From an uncultured bacterium (GTDB lineage: Bacteria; Armatimonadota; Hebobacteria; CAIYQO01), in the NCBI GenBank assembly GCA_964590255.1, contig CAZPYA010000006.1, positions 7,362 through 71,361 of the forward strand: DNA of 64,000 nucleotides, given 5' to 3'. This document shows, piece by piece, positions 46,431-56,282 of this stretch; position 1 is the first letter of the stretch; every line of letters begins with the position of its first letter. Position numbers and translations under genes: made by a program. Below the pieces are notes generated by a model, which worked only from the letters and a program-made list of their open reading frames with translations, was not told the DNA's origin and did no database searches.

Positions 46431-47894
46431 TTATCTGCTTGCACGATAAATCCACGCCGTGTTGTGGCTGGGACCCGCCCCGCCGTCATAGCCGCAGAAG
46501 TAGTAGACCTGACCCGCTTCACCGGCAAAGGGCGACGGCTCGATATCGCGGCAGCCGGTGAGTTTTTGGCCCGCGGGCAGCGGATGCGCGGCATCGGCGA
46601 TATAGCCCCAGTCATATCGCCCATCGCGATGGCGGATGAGGTAGCATGAGCCGTTGTTCGGAGGATTGGGGGAGCCGGGACGCTCCACCCAAGCGCCGCA
46701 CAGCCAGAGCGGATCGCCCGTCTTCGGATCGGTGACCGGCAGGAAGCGATTATACGCGGCGATGGCGCCGTGCCGGCGCGCGGTGGGCGTGTTCCACGCC
46801 GTGTTAAAGAACGCCTTGATGTCGAGTTCCTGTTCGGTGGCGATGCAGCCGTTGGCGTCCACGCGCGTGGAATCGAAGCGCACAAGGATGCCCGGATATT
46901 CATAATTCGCCAGCAGCACCTGATGCTTCCCGCCGCGCGGGTCAGGCACTGCCGTCAGGCCGCGCAGGTAGCGCGATTGCAGCACGTCTTTCTCCACCGG
47001 CCAGCGGTATACGAGTTGCCAGGAGGGCTTGGGGCCATCGAGACGGCGATACAACCCGCCATCGACCGGCTGCCCCGCCGCGTCGAGGGTGATGCGCGAT
47101 GCCATGTAGAGGTCGCCGTTGCACTCGGCGAAACAGAGGATACGGCTGAAGTCGTAGACTTTCCCATCGCTCGTGTATCCGGTGGCCGCCGTGCGTTCCG
47201 CCTGCGCCTCCCAGCGAATGCCGCCCGGCGCGGTGGGATCGTAACTGCCCCGATAGATGCCGCCGCGATTCATGCCGGCAAAGAGCTCGTGGACGCCGGT
47301 GACCTTGTCCACATGCAAGCCAAAGGCGCGCACGCCCAGATTCCCGGCGGCGACATCGCTGCGCTGCCACTGCCCGGTGGCGTCATGGCGGATGAATACC
47401 GCGCTCATCCCCCGCGCGTGCGGCAATTCGGATGGACTGGCCACCAACAGTCGCACGGGCTTGGCCAACTTTGTGCCCTGGAAATCCGTGGTGAACAGAC
47501 ACGAGACCAACCCCTCGACACGCATGCACATCGGCCCAAAACCGTAATCGATCTGCCAGGGCGCGTCCGGCGAATCTTTTAGCAGAATTTGTGCGCCGGG
47601 TTTGGGGTCATCACCGGACTGATCTTGGGCATAGCCGATACCGGCGTATAGTTTGCCGTTATGCCCGGCCAGCCACATCGCCTCTGTGCCGCCCATAAAC
47701 TGCCCGTTGACATCTTTGGTGCCGGGAATATAGTCCTGGGTGAAGATGAGACGCGCTAGCGGCATGTCGGCTACCTCGTTGCGCGGGAGCGCGGCATTCA
47801 CAGGCGGTTGTTGTCCATTCGCGTGCGGCGCACAGCAGACCAGTGCCACTGCCAGCAGACACCCCAGAAGACCGGTCAGGCTCATCGTCTTCAT
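46431..47894 (-). CDS. Secreted protein (487 aa), possibly beta-propeller; unknown function
   Basis: Signal peptide MKTMSLTGLLGCLLAVALVCCAP. The start overlaps the upstream stop (ATGA). Confidence 0.75.
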   Translation of the reverse strand: MKTMSLTGLLGCLLAVALVCCAPHANGQQPPVNAALPRNEVADMPLARLIFTQDYIPGTKDVNGQFMGGTEAMWLAGHNGKLYAGIGYAQDQSGDDPKPGAQILLKDSPDAPWQIDYGFGPMCMRVEGLVSCLFTTDFQGTKLAKPVRLLVASPSELPHARGMSAVFIRHDATGQWQRSDVAAGNLGVRAFGLHVDKVTGVHELFAGMNRGGIYRGSYDPTAPGGIRWEAQAERTAATGYTSDGKVYDFSRILCFAECNGDLYMASRITLDAAGQPVDGGLYRRLDGPKPSWQLVYRWPVEKDVLQSRYLRGLTAVPDPRGGKHQVLLANYEYPGILVRFDSTRVDANGCIATEQELDIKAFFNTAWNTPTARRHGAIAAYNRFLPVTDPKTGDPLWLCGAWVERPGSPNPPNNGSCYLIRHRDGRYDWGYIADAAHPLPAGQKLTGCRDIEPSPFAGEAGQVYYFCGYDGGAGPSHNTAWIYRASR

Positions 47895-49513
47895 GGCTGC
47901 TTCCCACCCTGCTGCCAGAGCGCCGTCAATTCCCCTTCGGTGACTAAGCCATCTTTGTTGGCGTCGAGTCGGTCGAAGAGGGCGCCGGGCAATTCGTTAC
48001 GGTCGAGTTTGCCGTCGCCGTTCTTATCACGTTGCTTGAACTGCTCGCTGACGCCTTTTCCGCCGGAAGACGCAGCTCCGATGCCTGCCGCCTCATTCGC
48101 CAGCGCGCGAAACGCGGGGTAAGTTGGAGCCTTATAGCCTTGTGTCTGGGTCATGAAGATGGCGAAGAAGTTGCTGTTGCGGTCCACCCAGAACTGCGTG
48201 CCATCAGCGCCGCCCCAGGAGTAGCCGCCTTTGCCATCCACCGCGCCGCCCAGCCCGTATTGTTGATTGGGCACTTTCAGGTGATTCTGAAACATGAGAT
48301 CGACGGTTTCCGGTTTCAGGACGCGCACGCCGTCGAGTTCGCCGCGGTTGAGCAGCATCCGGCAGAAGCGTTCGTAATCCGCCGCGGTGCTGAACATGCC
48401 GTTGCCCCCCATCATCAGGCTGGGTTTTTCGGTGACCTTGCCGAGATCATTGCCGGGTTCCAGCACGCCGGGGCGCGGTTGCTTGTAGATCTGGCACAGG
48501 CGGGTCACTTTTTCCGGCTGCACCCAGAACTCGGTGTCGGCCATCTTCAGCGGTCCGGTCAACTTTTCGCGGATCACCACATCCAACGGCTTGCCCGTGA
48601 CCGCTTCGATGTAGCGACCCAGCACGTCGATGGAGGTGCCGTATTGCCAGCCGGTGCCGGGCTGGAACTTGAGCGGCTGTTTTGCGAGCGCCTCCGAGAA
48701 GTCTTTCAGCGTCGCGCGCCCGCCGCGCATCGCCTGGTAGGCCATCGCCGCCACGGCGTTATTGTTTCCGCCGCCTTCCAGATTGCCGAAGTAGAGACCG
48801 CTGCTGTGGCTCATCAACATGCGCGGCGTGATGGGGAATTTCGCCGGCACGAGCTTGCCGTTTTCCAACACCTGCGGCGCCGCCCATTCCGGACAATACT
48901 TGGCAATCGGCTCATCCAGGGTGAACTTGCCTTCGTCATAGAGGACCAATGCCGTCGCGGCGATGAGCGGTTTCGTCATGCTCATTAAGCGGAAGATGGC
49001 CTCCATGGACATCGGGGTGTTCGCCGCGACATCCTGCTGGCCGAACGCTTCAAAGTATCCGCGCTGGCCATTCCGAGTAATGAGCGCCAGACAGCCGGCG
49101 ATGTTCTTCGCCGCCACATGCCGCTGCAATTCGATATCGATCTTCGCCAGCACGTCGGGTTTCAACCCAGCGGCCTTCACTTCATCCCCATGATGACGCG
49201 GTTGGAAATTCGCAGCAGGCGGCAACGGCGCGCCGTCCGACACGCCGACATGCCAATCCTGTTGCCCGGCGCCTTTGCCGGCAACGGCAGCCGCCTCGTC
49301 TTTGGTCACGATGCCGTCGGCATTCTTATCGAGCAGCTTGAACAGTTTCTCGTTCGGCACTTCATCCGGCGTCAGCTTCCCATCGGCGTTTTTATCCCAT
49401 TGCGTGAAGAGTTGATCAACGGTGGGTTGCTGGGGTGACCGCTCCTGGGCTGATGCCGAATTCACCAGAAACACGGCACAGATAACAGAAAATAGAACGA
49501 TGTAGTCTCTCAC
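47891..49513 (-). CDS. Beta-lactamase-fold serine hydrolase flanked by two N-terminal and two C-terminal EF-hand loops
   Basis: SMTK (SxxK) motif. EF-hand loops DKNADGKLTPDE, DKNADGIVTKDE, DKNGDGKLDRNE and DANKDGLVTEGE. Preferred start is the GTG at 49513 (AAAGGGG SD, signal peptide). Confidence 0.85.
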   Translation of the reverse strand: MRDYIVLFSVICAVFLVNSASAQERSPQQPTVDQLFTQWDKNADGKLTPDEVPNEKLFKLLDKNADGIVTKDEAAAVAGKGAGQQDWHVGVSDGAPLPPAANFQPRHHGDEVKAAGLKPDVLAKIDIELQRHVAAKNIAGCLALITRNGQRGYFEAFGQQDVAANTPMSMEAIFRLMSMTKPLIAATALVLYDEGKFTLDEPIAKYCPEWAAPQVLENGKLVPAKFPITPRMLMSHSSGLYFGNLEGGGNNNAVAAMAYQAMRGGRATLKDFSEALAKQPLKFQPGTGWQYGTSIDVLGRYIEAVTGKPLDVVIREKLTGPLKMADTEFWVQPEKVTRLCQIYKQPRPGVLEPGNDLGKVTEKPSLMMGGNGMFSTAADYERFCRMLLNRGELDGVRVLKPETVDLMFQNHLKVPNQQYGLGGAVDGKGGYSWGGADGTQFWVDRNSNFFAIFMTQTQGYKAPTYPAFRALANEAAGIGAASSGGKGVSEQFKQRDKNGDGKLDRNELPGALFDRLDANKDGLVTEGELTALWQQGGKQP

Positions 49514-49630
49514 GATGGCCCCTTTCGCACCAGAAGGCTGCCGGTAATCGCGCAAGCAGCGCGTATAGAGAACTACACAGTCATACGTAAGTCGGAATAG
49601 TTGAGTTGCATGACTCCGCAGATGAATTGG

Positions 49631-51125
49631 TTACAGATACGCCCCCGTCCACGCCCCGCCCCGCGCGAGATGCGCCTCGATCTCCGCCGGGTTGCTCTTC
49701 CCGTCCGCCCCGTGGGGCAGGTGCGGCCAGGTGTTGCCGTAGCGCGTGGTGCGCAGCAGCCAGTCGAGGAGGGTGCGGCGGAGCGCTTCGCGAACAGCGG
49801 CATACTCTGGAGCAGTGCCGAGGTTGGTCATCTCCCATGGGTCGTTGACCACGTCGTAGAGTTCGCTGTCGTCGATGCCTTCACGATACATGCCGATGGG
49901 GCGGTGGGTGAGGCTCCACGCCTTCGTGCGCACGGTGCGGCTCCAGGGGAATTCTGCGAATATGGCGTCGCGCACGGGCGTCGTGTCGCCGCGCAGCATG
50001 GCGGCAATATTCAGGCCGTCCACCGTGTCGGGGCAGGACACGCCGGCCAGCGCGCACAGCGTGGGGAAAAGGTCGATGCTCTCCACCAGCTCATCCACCG
50101 TGCCGTGCGAAAAATCGCCGTCGGGCCAAACCCAGATGAAAGGCGTGCGCAGGATAGCCCCGTAGCTGATGCCCGGCGCTTTCTCCAGGAAACCGTGTTC
50201 GAGGGCGAAATCGCCGTGGTCGGTGCAGTAGACGACGATGGTGTCGTCATCCAGGCCCCCCCTCGCGCAGCGTGCGCCGCAACTCGCCCACCATATGGTC
50301 CACCTGCGAGACGCAGCCGTAGTACCCCTGCAGCTTGCGCCGGCGCACGTTGTCGTACCCCGCCTCGCCGAAATGCGCCCCATATCGGCGCATCCACTCG
50401 ATCATCCACTGCTGCGGGAGCGGCTTGCTCGATAGGTCCTCGTCAGCGCTGAGCGGCAGCTCCAGCTCCACGCCGTCATACAGCTCCCAGAATTCCGGCA
50501 CGGGGATGTAGTTTTCGTGCGGGTGCAGGCAATCGATCTGGTAAACGAATGGCTGCCCGGCGGGTTTCTCGGCGAGGAACTCGCGGAAGCTATGCAGGCA
50601 GTAACCCTCGTAGCTGTCGTCAAAGGTGAGGCGCGACGGGCGGCCGTCCAACGATTGCACATGCCCGTCCCAGGCTTCATCGTCGCGCAGGTGCAGCAGG
50701 CCTTTTGCCTCCAGATAGCGGCTGTAGGCATCGCCGGCACTCAGCCCATGACCGGCAACGGTCTCCTCGTGCAGGTTGCGGTAGTCGTCGCAATGCGGCG
50801 CCAGCCACCTGTCCTGCACGTGAATGTGCCCGATGATGCCGGTGCGGTACCCCGCCCCATGAAACGCGCTCATCATCGACGGCAGGCCATCCGGCAGCGC
50901 CTCGTTGCCGCTCAAACCGTAGATGCCGTGGTTGTGCACGTATTGCCCGGTGAGATAGCACATGCGGCTGGGGCTGCAGATGGGGTTCTGCACGAACGCC
51001 CGGGTGAAATGCACCCCGTCGCCGGCCAGCGCGTCCAGGTGCGGCGTGCGCACCTGCGGGTGGCCGTTCACGCCCAGGCAGCGGGCGTTGTGCTGGTCAG
51101 ATTTGACAATGAGGATGTTGGGCAT
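49631..51125 (-). pseudogene. Cys-type (formylglycine) sulfatase interrupted by a +1 frameshift in a G7 run
   Basis: The N-terminal ORF (to 50247) has the CSPSR motif. The C-terminal ORF continues ..LDDDTIVVYCTDHGD.. in another frame. Removing one G from 50256-50262 restores one 497-aa reading frame. Confidence 0.8.
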
Positions 51126-51143
51126 GGGACGCACCTGAAATAG

Positions 51144-51174
51144 AAAAACCCCCCTCTCCTCGGGGAGAGGGGGG
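51144..51174 (-). terminator. Rho-independent terminator of the flotillin gene, built from a GC-rich repeat copy
   Basis: Minus strand reads CCCCCCTCTCC-ccga-GGAGAGGGGGG followed by TTTTT. Confidence 0.7.
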
Positions 51175-51188
51175 CAGGGGGTGAGAGG

Positions 51189-52649
51189 TTACGCTTCCGG
51201 GGTCGGGGGCGTGCCGCCGACCATGCCCGGAATCTTTTTCACCAGGTCTTCCAGCTTCAGGCCGGTGAGGGCTTCCACCATCGGCGGCAGTTGCGCGATG
51301 ATGGTGGTGATGTCGCCGGTGACTTTGCTGGCGCCGGCATTCGGGCTGTCGCCGGTGCTCACTACCACGATCTTCTCGGTCTTGGCCAGCGGGGCGGCGA
51401 TGGCGGTGGCGATTTCCGGCAGGCGGTCGATGAACATCTGCGCAATGGCCGCCTCGTTGTATTCGCGCCAGGCCGCGGCCTTTTTCGCCATCGCTTCCGC
51501 GGTGGCGAGACCCTGCTGGCGGATGACTTCGGCTTCGGCGAGACCGCGAGCCTTGTTGGCGTCCGCTTCCGCGGTACCGGTGGCGCGGATGGCATCAGCC
51601 TGCCCCTGTGCGGTGGCGCGCAGGCGATACTGTTCGGCGTCGGCGAGTTGCTGAATGCGGTAGCGTTCGGCGTCGGCCGGACGCTCGATGGTGGCGGTGA
51701 GTTCCTTTTCCCGGCGCTGGATTTCCTTCTCCTGCACCTGGATGAGGTTGTCCTTTTCCACCACCTGCACCTTCACCTGCTCGGCGGTGACGAGCTGCTG
51801 CGTCTGGTAGCGCTGCAGGTCGTAGGCCAGGTCGGCTTCCGCCTTCTTCTGGTTCACCGACGCGGTGTATTCGGCCAGTTTCATTTTGTAGTCGCGGTCC
51901 GCTTCGGCGATCTGCGTGTCGGCGGCGTATTTCGCCGTCTGCCCTTCCTGGTTCGCCTGGGCGGAACGGATGATGGCGTCGCGGTTGGCTTCCGCTTCGC
52001 CGATGGTGGCGTCGCGCTTCACCTGGGCGATGCGCGGCTTGCCGAGGGCGTCCAGGTAGCCCTGAGTGTCGCGGATGTCGCGGATGGTGAAGCTGACGAT
52101 CTGCAGGCCCATGTTGGCCAGGTCGGTGGCGGCGACGTCCTGCACGCGCTGGGCGAACTTGTCGCGTTCGCGGTATATCTCTTCCACCGTCATCATGCCC
52201 AGGATGGCGCGCAAGTGGCCTTCCACCGTCTGCAGCGCGATCTGGCGGATCTGCGCCGAGCCCATGCTGAGGAACTGCTCGGCGGCGGTGCCGATGGAGA
52301 CGTCATCGTTGCGCACCTTGATCTGCGCGATGCCGTCCACCTGCACGGGCACGCCCATCACCGTATACACTTCCGGGGTGCGCACTTCCAGCGTCATCAG
52401 CTCGAGGCTCATCACCTCGGCCTTTTCGATGACCGGCAGCACGAAGGTGCCGCCGCCGCGCACCAGGCGGAAGCCGACGGAGGTCGGCCGACCGTCTGGC
52501 CCGCGCACGATGCGCCGGCGCCCGGAGACGATGAGCACCTGGTTCGGGCCCACCTTCACCCACCAATGGGCGACCAGCGAGAGGATCACGATGACGACGA
52601 TCACGAAGATCACCGCCGCGAAAATGACGTTCGGATCCAGTGGTGGCAT
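51189..52649 (-). CDS. Flotillin-like SPFH/Band-7 protein
   Basis: AAGGAG SD. N-terminal TM helix, an SPFH domain, and a long EA-rich coiled coil (..AEADLAYDLQRYQTQQ..) as in FloT/YuaG. Confidence 0.9.
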   Translation of the reverse strand: MPPLDPNVIFAAVIFVIVVIVILSLVAHWWVKVGPNQVLIVSGRRRIVRGPDGRPTSVGFRLVRGGGTFVLPVIEKAEVMSLELMTLEVRTPEVYTVMGVPVQVDGIAQIKVRNDDVSIGTAAEQFLSMGSAQIRQIALQTVEGHLRAILGMMTVEEIYRERDKFAQRVQDVAATDLANMGLQIVSFTIRDIRDTQGYLDALGKPRIAQVKRDATIGEAEANRDAIIRSAQANQEGQTAKYAADTQIAEADRDYKMKLAEYTASVNQKKAEADLAYDLQRYQTQQLVTAEQVKVQVVEKDNLIQVQEKEIQRREKELTATIERPADAERYRIQQLADAEQYRLRATAQGQADAIRATGTAEADANKARGLAEAEVIRQQGLATAEAMAKKAAAWREYNEAAIAQMFIDRLPEIATAIAAPLAKTEKIVVVSTGDSPNAGASKVTGDITTIIAQLPPMVEALTGLKLEDLVKKIPGMVGGTPPTPEA

Positions 52650-53033
52650 ACTATAACTCCTTTACTGACAGTGACGTCCTGCCACATCTCTCCTGGGGGA
52701 GGAACCATTCGCTCCCGCCGCTGAGATAAACACGATAAGTGCGAACGTCAAGGGGGTGGCTGCGCGAGGAACCCGGGCCTCCACGCCCTGACGTGCGTCC
52801 TGCAGCGATGGATCGAGGCCCGGCAGCGAGGAAGGCAGTGAAAGGGCCGGCGACTGGACATCGACCGCACGCAACATTTCCCAACGTTCCACGAGCAAGC
52901 GCCGAACTCCTCTTGCCGCGAAATTTTTTCTCTCGGTTCCGTTTCCGCGCCGGAGACGGACCCGGCAGGAAAAGCGCCGGCGTTGCCGAACAGGAATGGA
53001 AACGACCCACGGCGCGGACAGGGAGGTAGAACC

Positions 53034-55943
53034 ATGCGGGCACCGGGTGCGGGGTGGCGCGTACTGGTGGTGCTGTGCGGGCTGGCGCTGGCGCTGGCGG
53101 CGCCGGCGCAGACGACGGCGCAGTTGCTGGAGCAGTTGAAAGCGGCCGACGCGGCGGCGCGGGTGACCGCCATGCAGCAGTTGGGTCGGCAGCGGGCGCG
53201 CGAGGCGGTGCCGGCGCTCATCGCCGTCACCCGCGAACACAGCCCCACGCTGCGGGCGCAGGCGGCGGCGGCGCTGGGGCAGATCGGCGACGCGCGGGCC
53301 ACCCCCGCGCTGATCGCGCTGCTGGCCGACCCCTTCGCGCTAACGCGCGGCGCGGCGGCCCAGGCGCTGGGCGTGCTGAAAGACCGCGCCGCCGTGCCGG
53401 CGCTGGTGAAGGCCGCGCGCAACGCCGATTCCGGCATCCAGGCGACGGCCATCGAAGCGCTGGGACGCATCGGCGACGGCGCGGCAGCGCCCGACCTGCT
53501 GGCGCTGCTGGACGACCCCGACCCCGAGGTGCGCCGCGCCGTCAGCCTCGCCTTGCGCGCGCTGAACGACCCCCGCGCGGCCCTTGCCGGCCTGCACGAC
53601 CCCGACGCCGCCACGCGGCTGGCCGCCGTGCAGGCACTGGCTCCCTTGCAAGTGCCGGAGGCCCGCTCCTCCTTCATCGCCCTGCTGCAGGACGAATCGC
53701 CCGAGGTGCGCGCGGCGGCGGCGGCGGCGCTGGGCCGCTACCCCGACGCGAAAACGCGCGATATCCTCCTCGCCACCCTGCAGGCCAGCAAGGACGCCAC
53801 AGTGCGCGCCGCCTGCCTGCAGGCGCTGGCCCCCACCCGCGACCTGCGGTTGCTGGAGCCGGTGCTGCGGATGCTGGAAGATATGCAAGACGACTACGAC
53901 AATGGGCCGTTGCTGGCAGTAGCCATGGAGGTGGCGGGGCAACTGCGCGACGCCCGCGCCGTGCCGCTGCTGCTGCCGCTGCTGGGCCGGGACATTGATA
54001 TCGGCAAGGAGCGCGACATCCGCGACACGCTCGACAGCGCCTTCCACCGCATCGGCACTCCAGCGCTGGTGGCGCTGCTGGCGCAACTCGCGCCCGAGAT
54101 CGAGCAGCCCGACCGACAGGCCGCCATCAGCGCCCTCGGCCGCTGGCAGCACCCGCGCGCGGTGGAGCCGCTGCTGGCCCTGCTGCCCGACGCCGATGTC
54201 GGCTACGATGCCGCCGCGGCGCTGTGCAGCTCGCGCCGGTCCAGCGCATGGCTCACCCAAACGTCCGCAGCAACTCCGCACGAGCCGATCGCCTTCAATC
54301 CACACCCGCCGAATCCCGGTGCCTGGTGCCGCGACCGCCGGCTGGAAGACTACCTGCTGGCGCACACCTCACCCACCCGCATGGATGTGTATGAGTATCT
54401 GGCGGATATGGGCAGCACGCGAGCCGTGGACCGTATCGCGGCTGCTTTGCGCGCGACGGACGATTATCGCCGCCGTGAAGCAAAAGACGCGCTTCGCCTC
54501 TTCGCCGATCCCCGGTTGGTGGCGATTCAACTGGAATTATACACGCGCGGCTGGGGCACAATGGGTGCATTGAAGCATACGCCTGATCCGCCGGCACTGG
54601 AGCCGTATTTCGCAGCATTCCAGCATAAGAATCCCGAGGTGCGCAAAATGATGGCTGCCGTGTTCGGCGCCATGGGCGACGCCCGCGCCGTGCCAACGCT
54701 GCTCAACCGCATCCAGCACGACCCGGATCCCGGGGTGCGCGAATATTGCGCGCTGGCGCTGGGGATGATCGGCGACACGCGGGCGGTGCCGGTGCTGCTG
54801 AACCGGCTGAGCGACCCGGTGGAGTGGGCGCGCAGCGCGGCCGCGTGGGCGCTGGGGCAGCTTGGCGACCGCCGTGCCATCATCCCGCTGCAGCAGAAGC
54901 TGAACCCAAATGACCCCCGCACCGCCGTGCGCGCCGCGCGGTCGCTGGCGCAGTTGGACGATCCGGTGGGGGCGGAGATGCTGCTAACGCTGCTGCGCCA
55001 CCAGGATGACATGGTGCGGAGTATCGCCGCGCAGACGGCACATTCGCTGCCCGGTCCGCGCGCGGTGGACGCGGCGCTGATCATCTTGGCCAGCGGCGAT
55101 GAAGAGGCGCAGGCCAAGGCCACCAATCTGCTGCGCGCCATTCACGACCCCGCCGCCGTGGAGGATCTGTTGCCGTTGCTATGGCATGAGGACGCGGGCA
55201 TTCGCACCGCCGCCGCCCACGCACTGGGCCGCACCGGCGCGGCGGCGGCACGCGACCCGCTGGCGGCCTGTCTTGACGCCGACGACGCGCTGGCGACCGA
55301 GGCGGCCATCGCGCTGGTGCGGCTGGGCGACGCCCGAGGATTGCCGACGGTGCTGGAGATCGCCGCCGATCCGGCGAATGCTGTGCGAGCGGACGCGCTG
55401 CTGGCGCTGGGCGACGGGACGACGATGGTCGATCCACGCATCGCGGAGACGCTGGCGCCCGTGTTGGCCGATGTTGATCCTTTCACCGCCGCCTTCGCCG
55501 CCCGGGCGCTGGCGCGGCGCGGCGACCATCGCGGCGCGGAGCACCTGATCGCCGTGCTGGCGCAGGATGAGGACCCGGCGCTCTATTTACTCGCCGTGCC
55601 GTATCTGGCCGAAATTCGCGACCCGCGGGCCTCAGCGCCGCTGCAGGCACTGCTGCCGAAGACAACCTTCCCGGCGCGGTTGGCGATCATCGAGGCGCTG
55701 GGGGCTATCGGCAACCCGGACGCCCTGTCGCTGCTCGGCACGCTGCGCGCCCACCCCGACCCTCGCGTGCGCGCGGCGCTGGCCCGCGGCCTGTGGGGCC
55801 AGGGGGCGGCGGCGGTGCCGCTGCTGCAAGGCCTGCGCGCCGACGCCGTCTCCACCGTGCGCGCCGCCGCCGAACGCTCAACCGCGCGCGTGCTGGGCGT
55901 GGTGGGGACGGTGATGGAAGCGGGCACGGTACCGGGGTGGTAA
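53034..55943 (+). CDS. Secreted all-HEAT-repeat protein (969 aa, PBS-lyase-type repeats)
   Basis: GGGAGG SD. Signal peptide. About 30 tandem ~31-aa units of the form ..AVPALIxLLxDxDxxVRxxAAxALGxIGD.. Confidence 0.85.
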   Translation: MRAPGAGWRVLVVLCGLALALAAPAQTTAQLLEQLKAADAAARVTAMQQLGRQRAREAVPALIAVTREHSPTLRAQAAAALGQIGDARATPALIALLADPFALTRGAAAQALGVLKDRAAVPALVKAARNADSGIQATAIEALGRIGDGAAAPDLLALLDDPDPEVRRAVSLALRALNDPRAALAGLHDPDAATRLAAVQALAPLQVPEARSSFIALLQDESPEVRAAAAAALGRYPDAKTRDILLATLQASKDATVRAACLQALAPTRDLRLLEPVLRMLEDMQDDYDNGPLLAVAMEVAGQLRDARAVPLLLPLLGRDIDIGKERDIRDTLDSAFHRIGTPALVALLAQLAPEIEQPDRQAAISALGRWQHPRAVEPLLALLPDADVGYDAAAALCSSRRSSAWLTQTSAATPHEPIAFNPHPPNPGAWCRDRRLEDYLLAHTSPTRMDVYEYLADMGSTRAVDRIAAALRATDDYRRREAKDALRLFADPRLVAIQLELYTRGWGTMGALKHTPDPPALEPYFAAFQHKNPEVRKMMAAVFGAMGDARAVPTLLNRIQHDPDPGVREYCALALGMIGDTRAVPVLLNRLSDPVEWARSAAAWALGQLGDRRAIIPLQQKLNPNDPRTAVRAARSLAQLDDPVGAEMLLTLLRHQDDMVRSIAAQTAHSLPGPRAVDAALIILASGDEEAQAKATNLLRAIHDPAAVEDLLPLLWHEDAGIRTAAAHALGRTGAAAARDPLAACLDADDALATEAAIALVRLGDARGLPTVLEIAADPANAVRADALLALGDGTTMVDPRIAETLAPVLADVDPFTAAFAARALARRGDHRGAEHLIAVLAQDEDPALYLLAVPYLAEIRDPRASAPLQALLPKTTFPARLAIIEALGAIGNPDALSLLGTLRAHPDPRVRAALARGLWGQGAAAVPLLQGLRADAVSTVRAAAERSTARVLGVVGTVMEAGTVPGW

Positions 55944-55944
55944 C

Positions 55945-55962
55945 AAAAAGGGCCGAAGGCCC
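55945..55962 (-). terminator. Small terminator hairpin in minus-strand orientation
   Basis: Minus strand reads GGGCC-ttcg-GGCCC followed by TTTTT. Lies directly after the HEAT gene stop and ~320 nt downstream of the nagA-like stop. Confidence 0.45.
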
Positions 55963-56001
55963 GGCAGCCGATAGTGCATCACCGCAATGATTATGTCATT
56001 T

Positions 56002-56172
56002 CCCCTCTCCCAGAATTGGGAGAGGGGCAGGGGTGAGGGCGCGCGCGGGAGCGCGCAACGAGAACAGATTCACTGCGATCAGATGCTCGCCACGGTAGTA
56101 ATGCGGAATGTCGTTGCGCGCTCCCGCGCGCGCCCTCATCCCCAACCCTTCTCCCAATCCTGGGAGAAGGGA
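56002..56172. repeat. Two GC-rich hairpin repeats facing each other (large palindrome)
   Basis: 56035-56061 (GAGGGCGCGCGCGGGAGCGCGCAACGA) is exactly inverted at 56111-56137. Each copy carries a CTCTCCCA..TGGGAGA hairpin. Confidence 0.85.
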
Positions 56173-56282
56173 GGACCGGAGATGCAATGATACTCCGTAT
56201 ATTTACCTTGGTGGGATACTCACAGCTTCGGCCTCTTCGGGGCAAGAAACCCCCTAGCCATGCACGCCATTTCGGATGTTCG

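Noticed and set aside
53034-55943. Strong ~93-nt periodicity at the DNA level.
   Set aside because: It is explained by tandem HEAT repeats in a continuous coding frame. It is not a DNA repeat array or a CRISPR.
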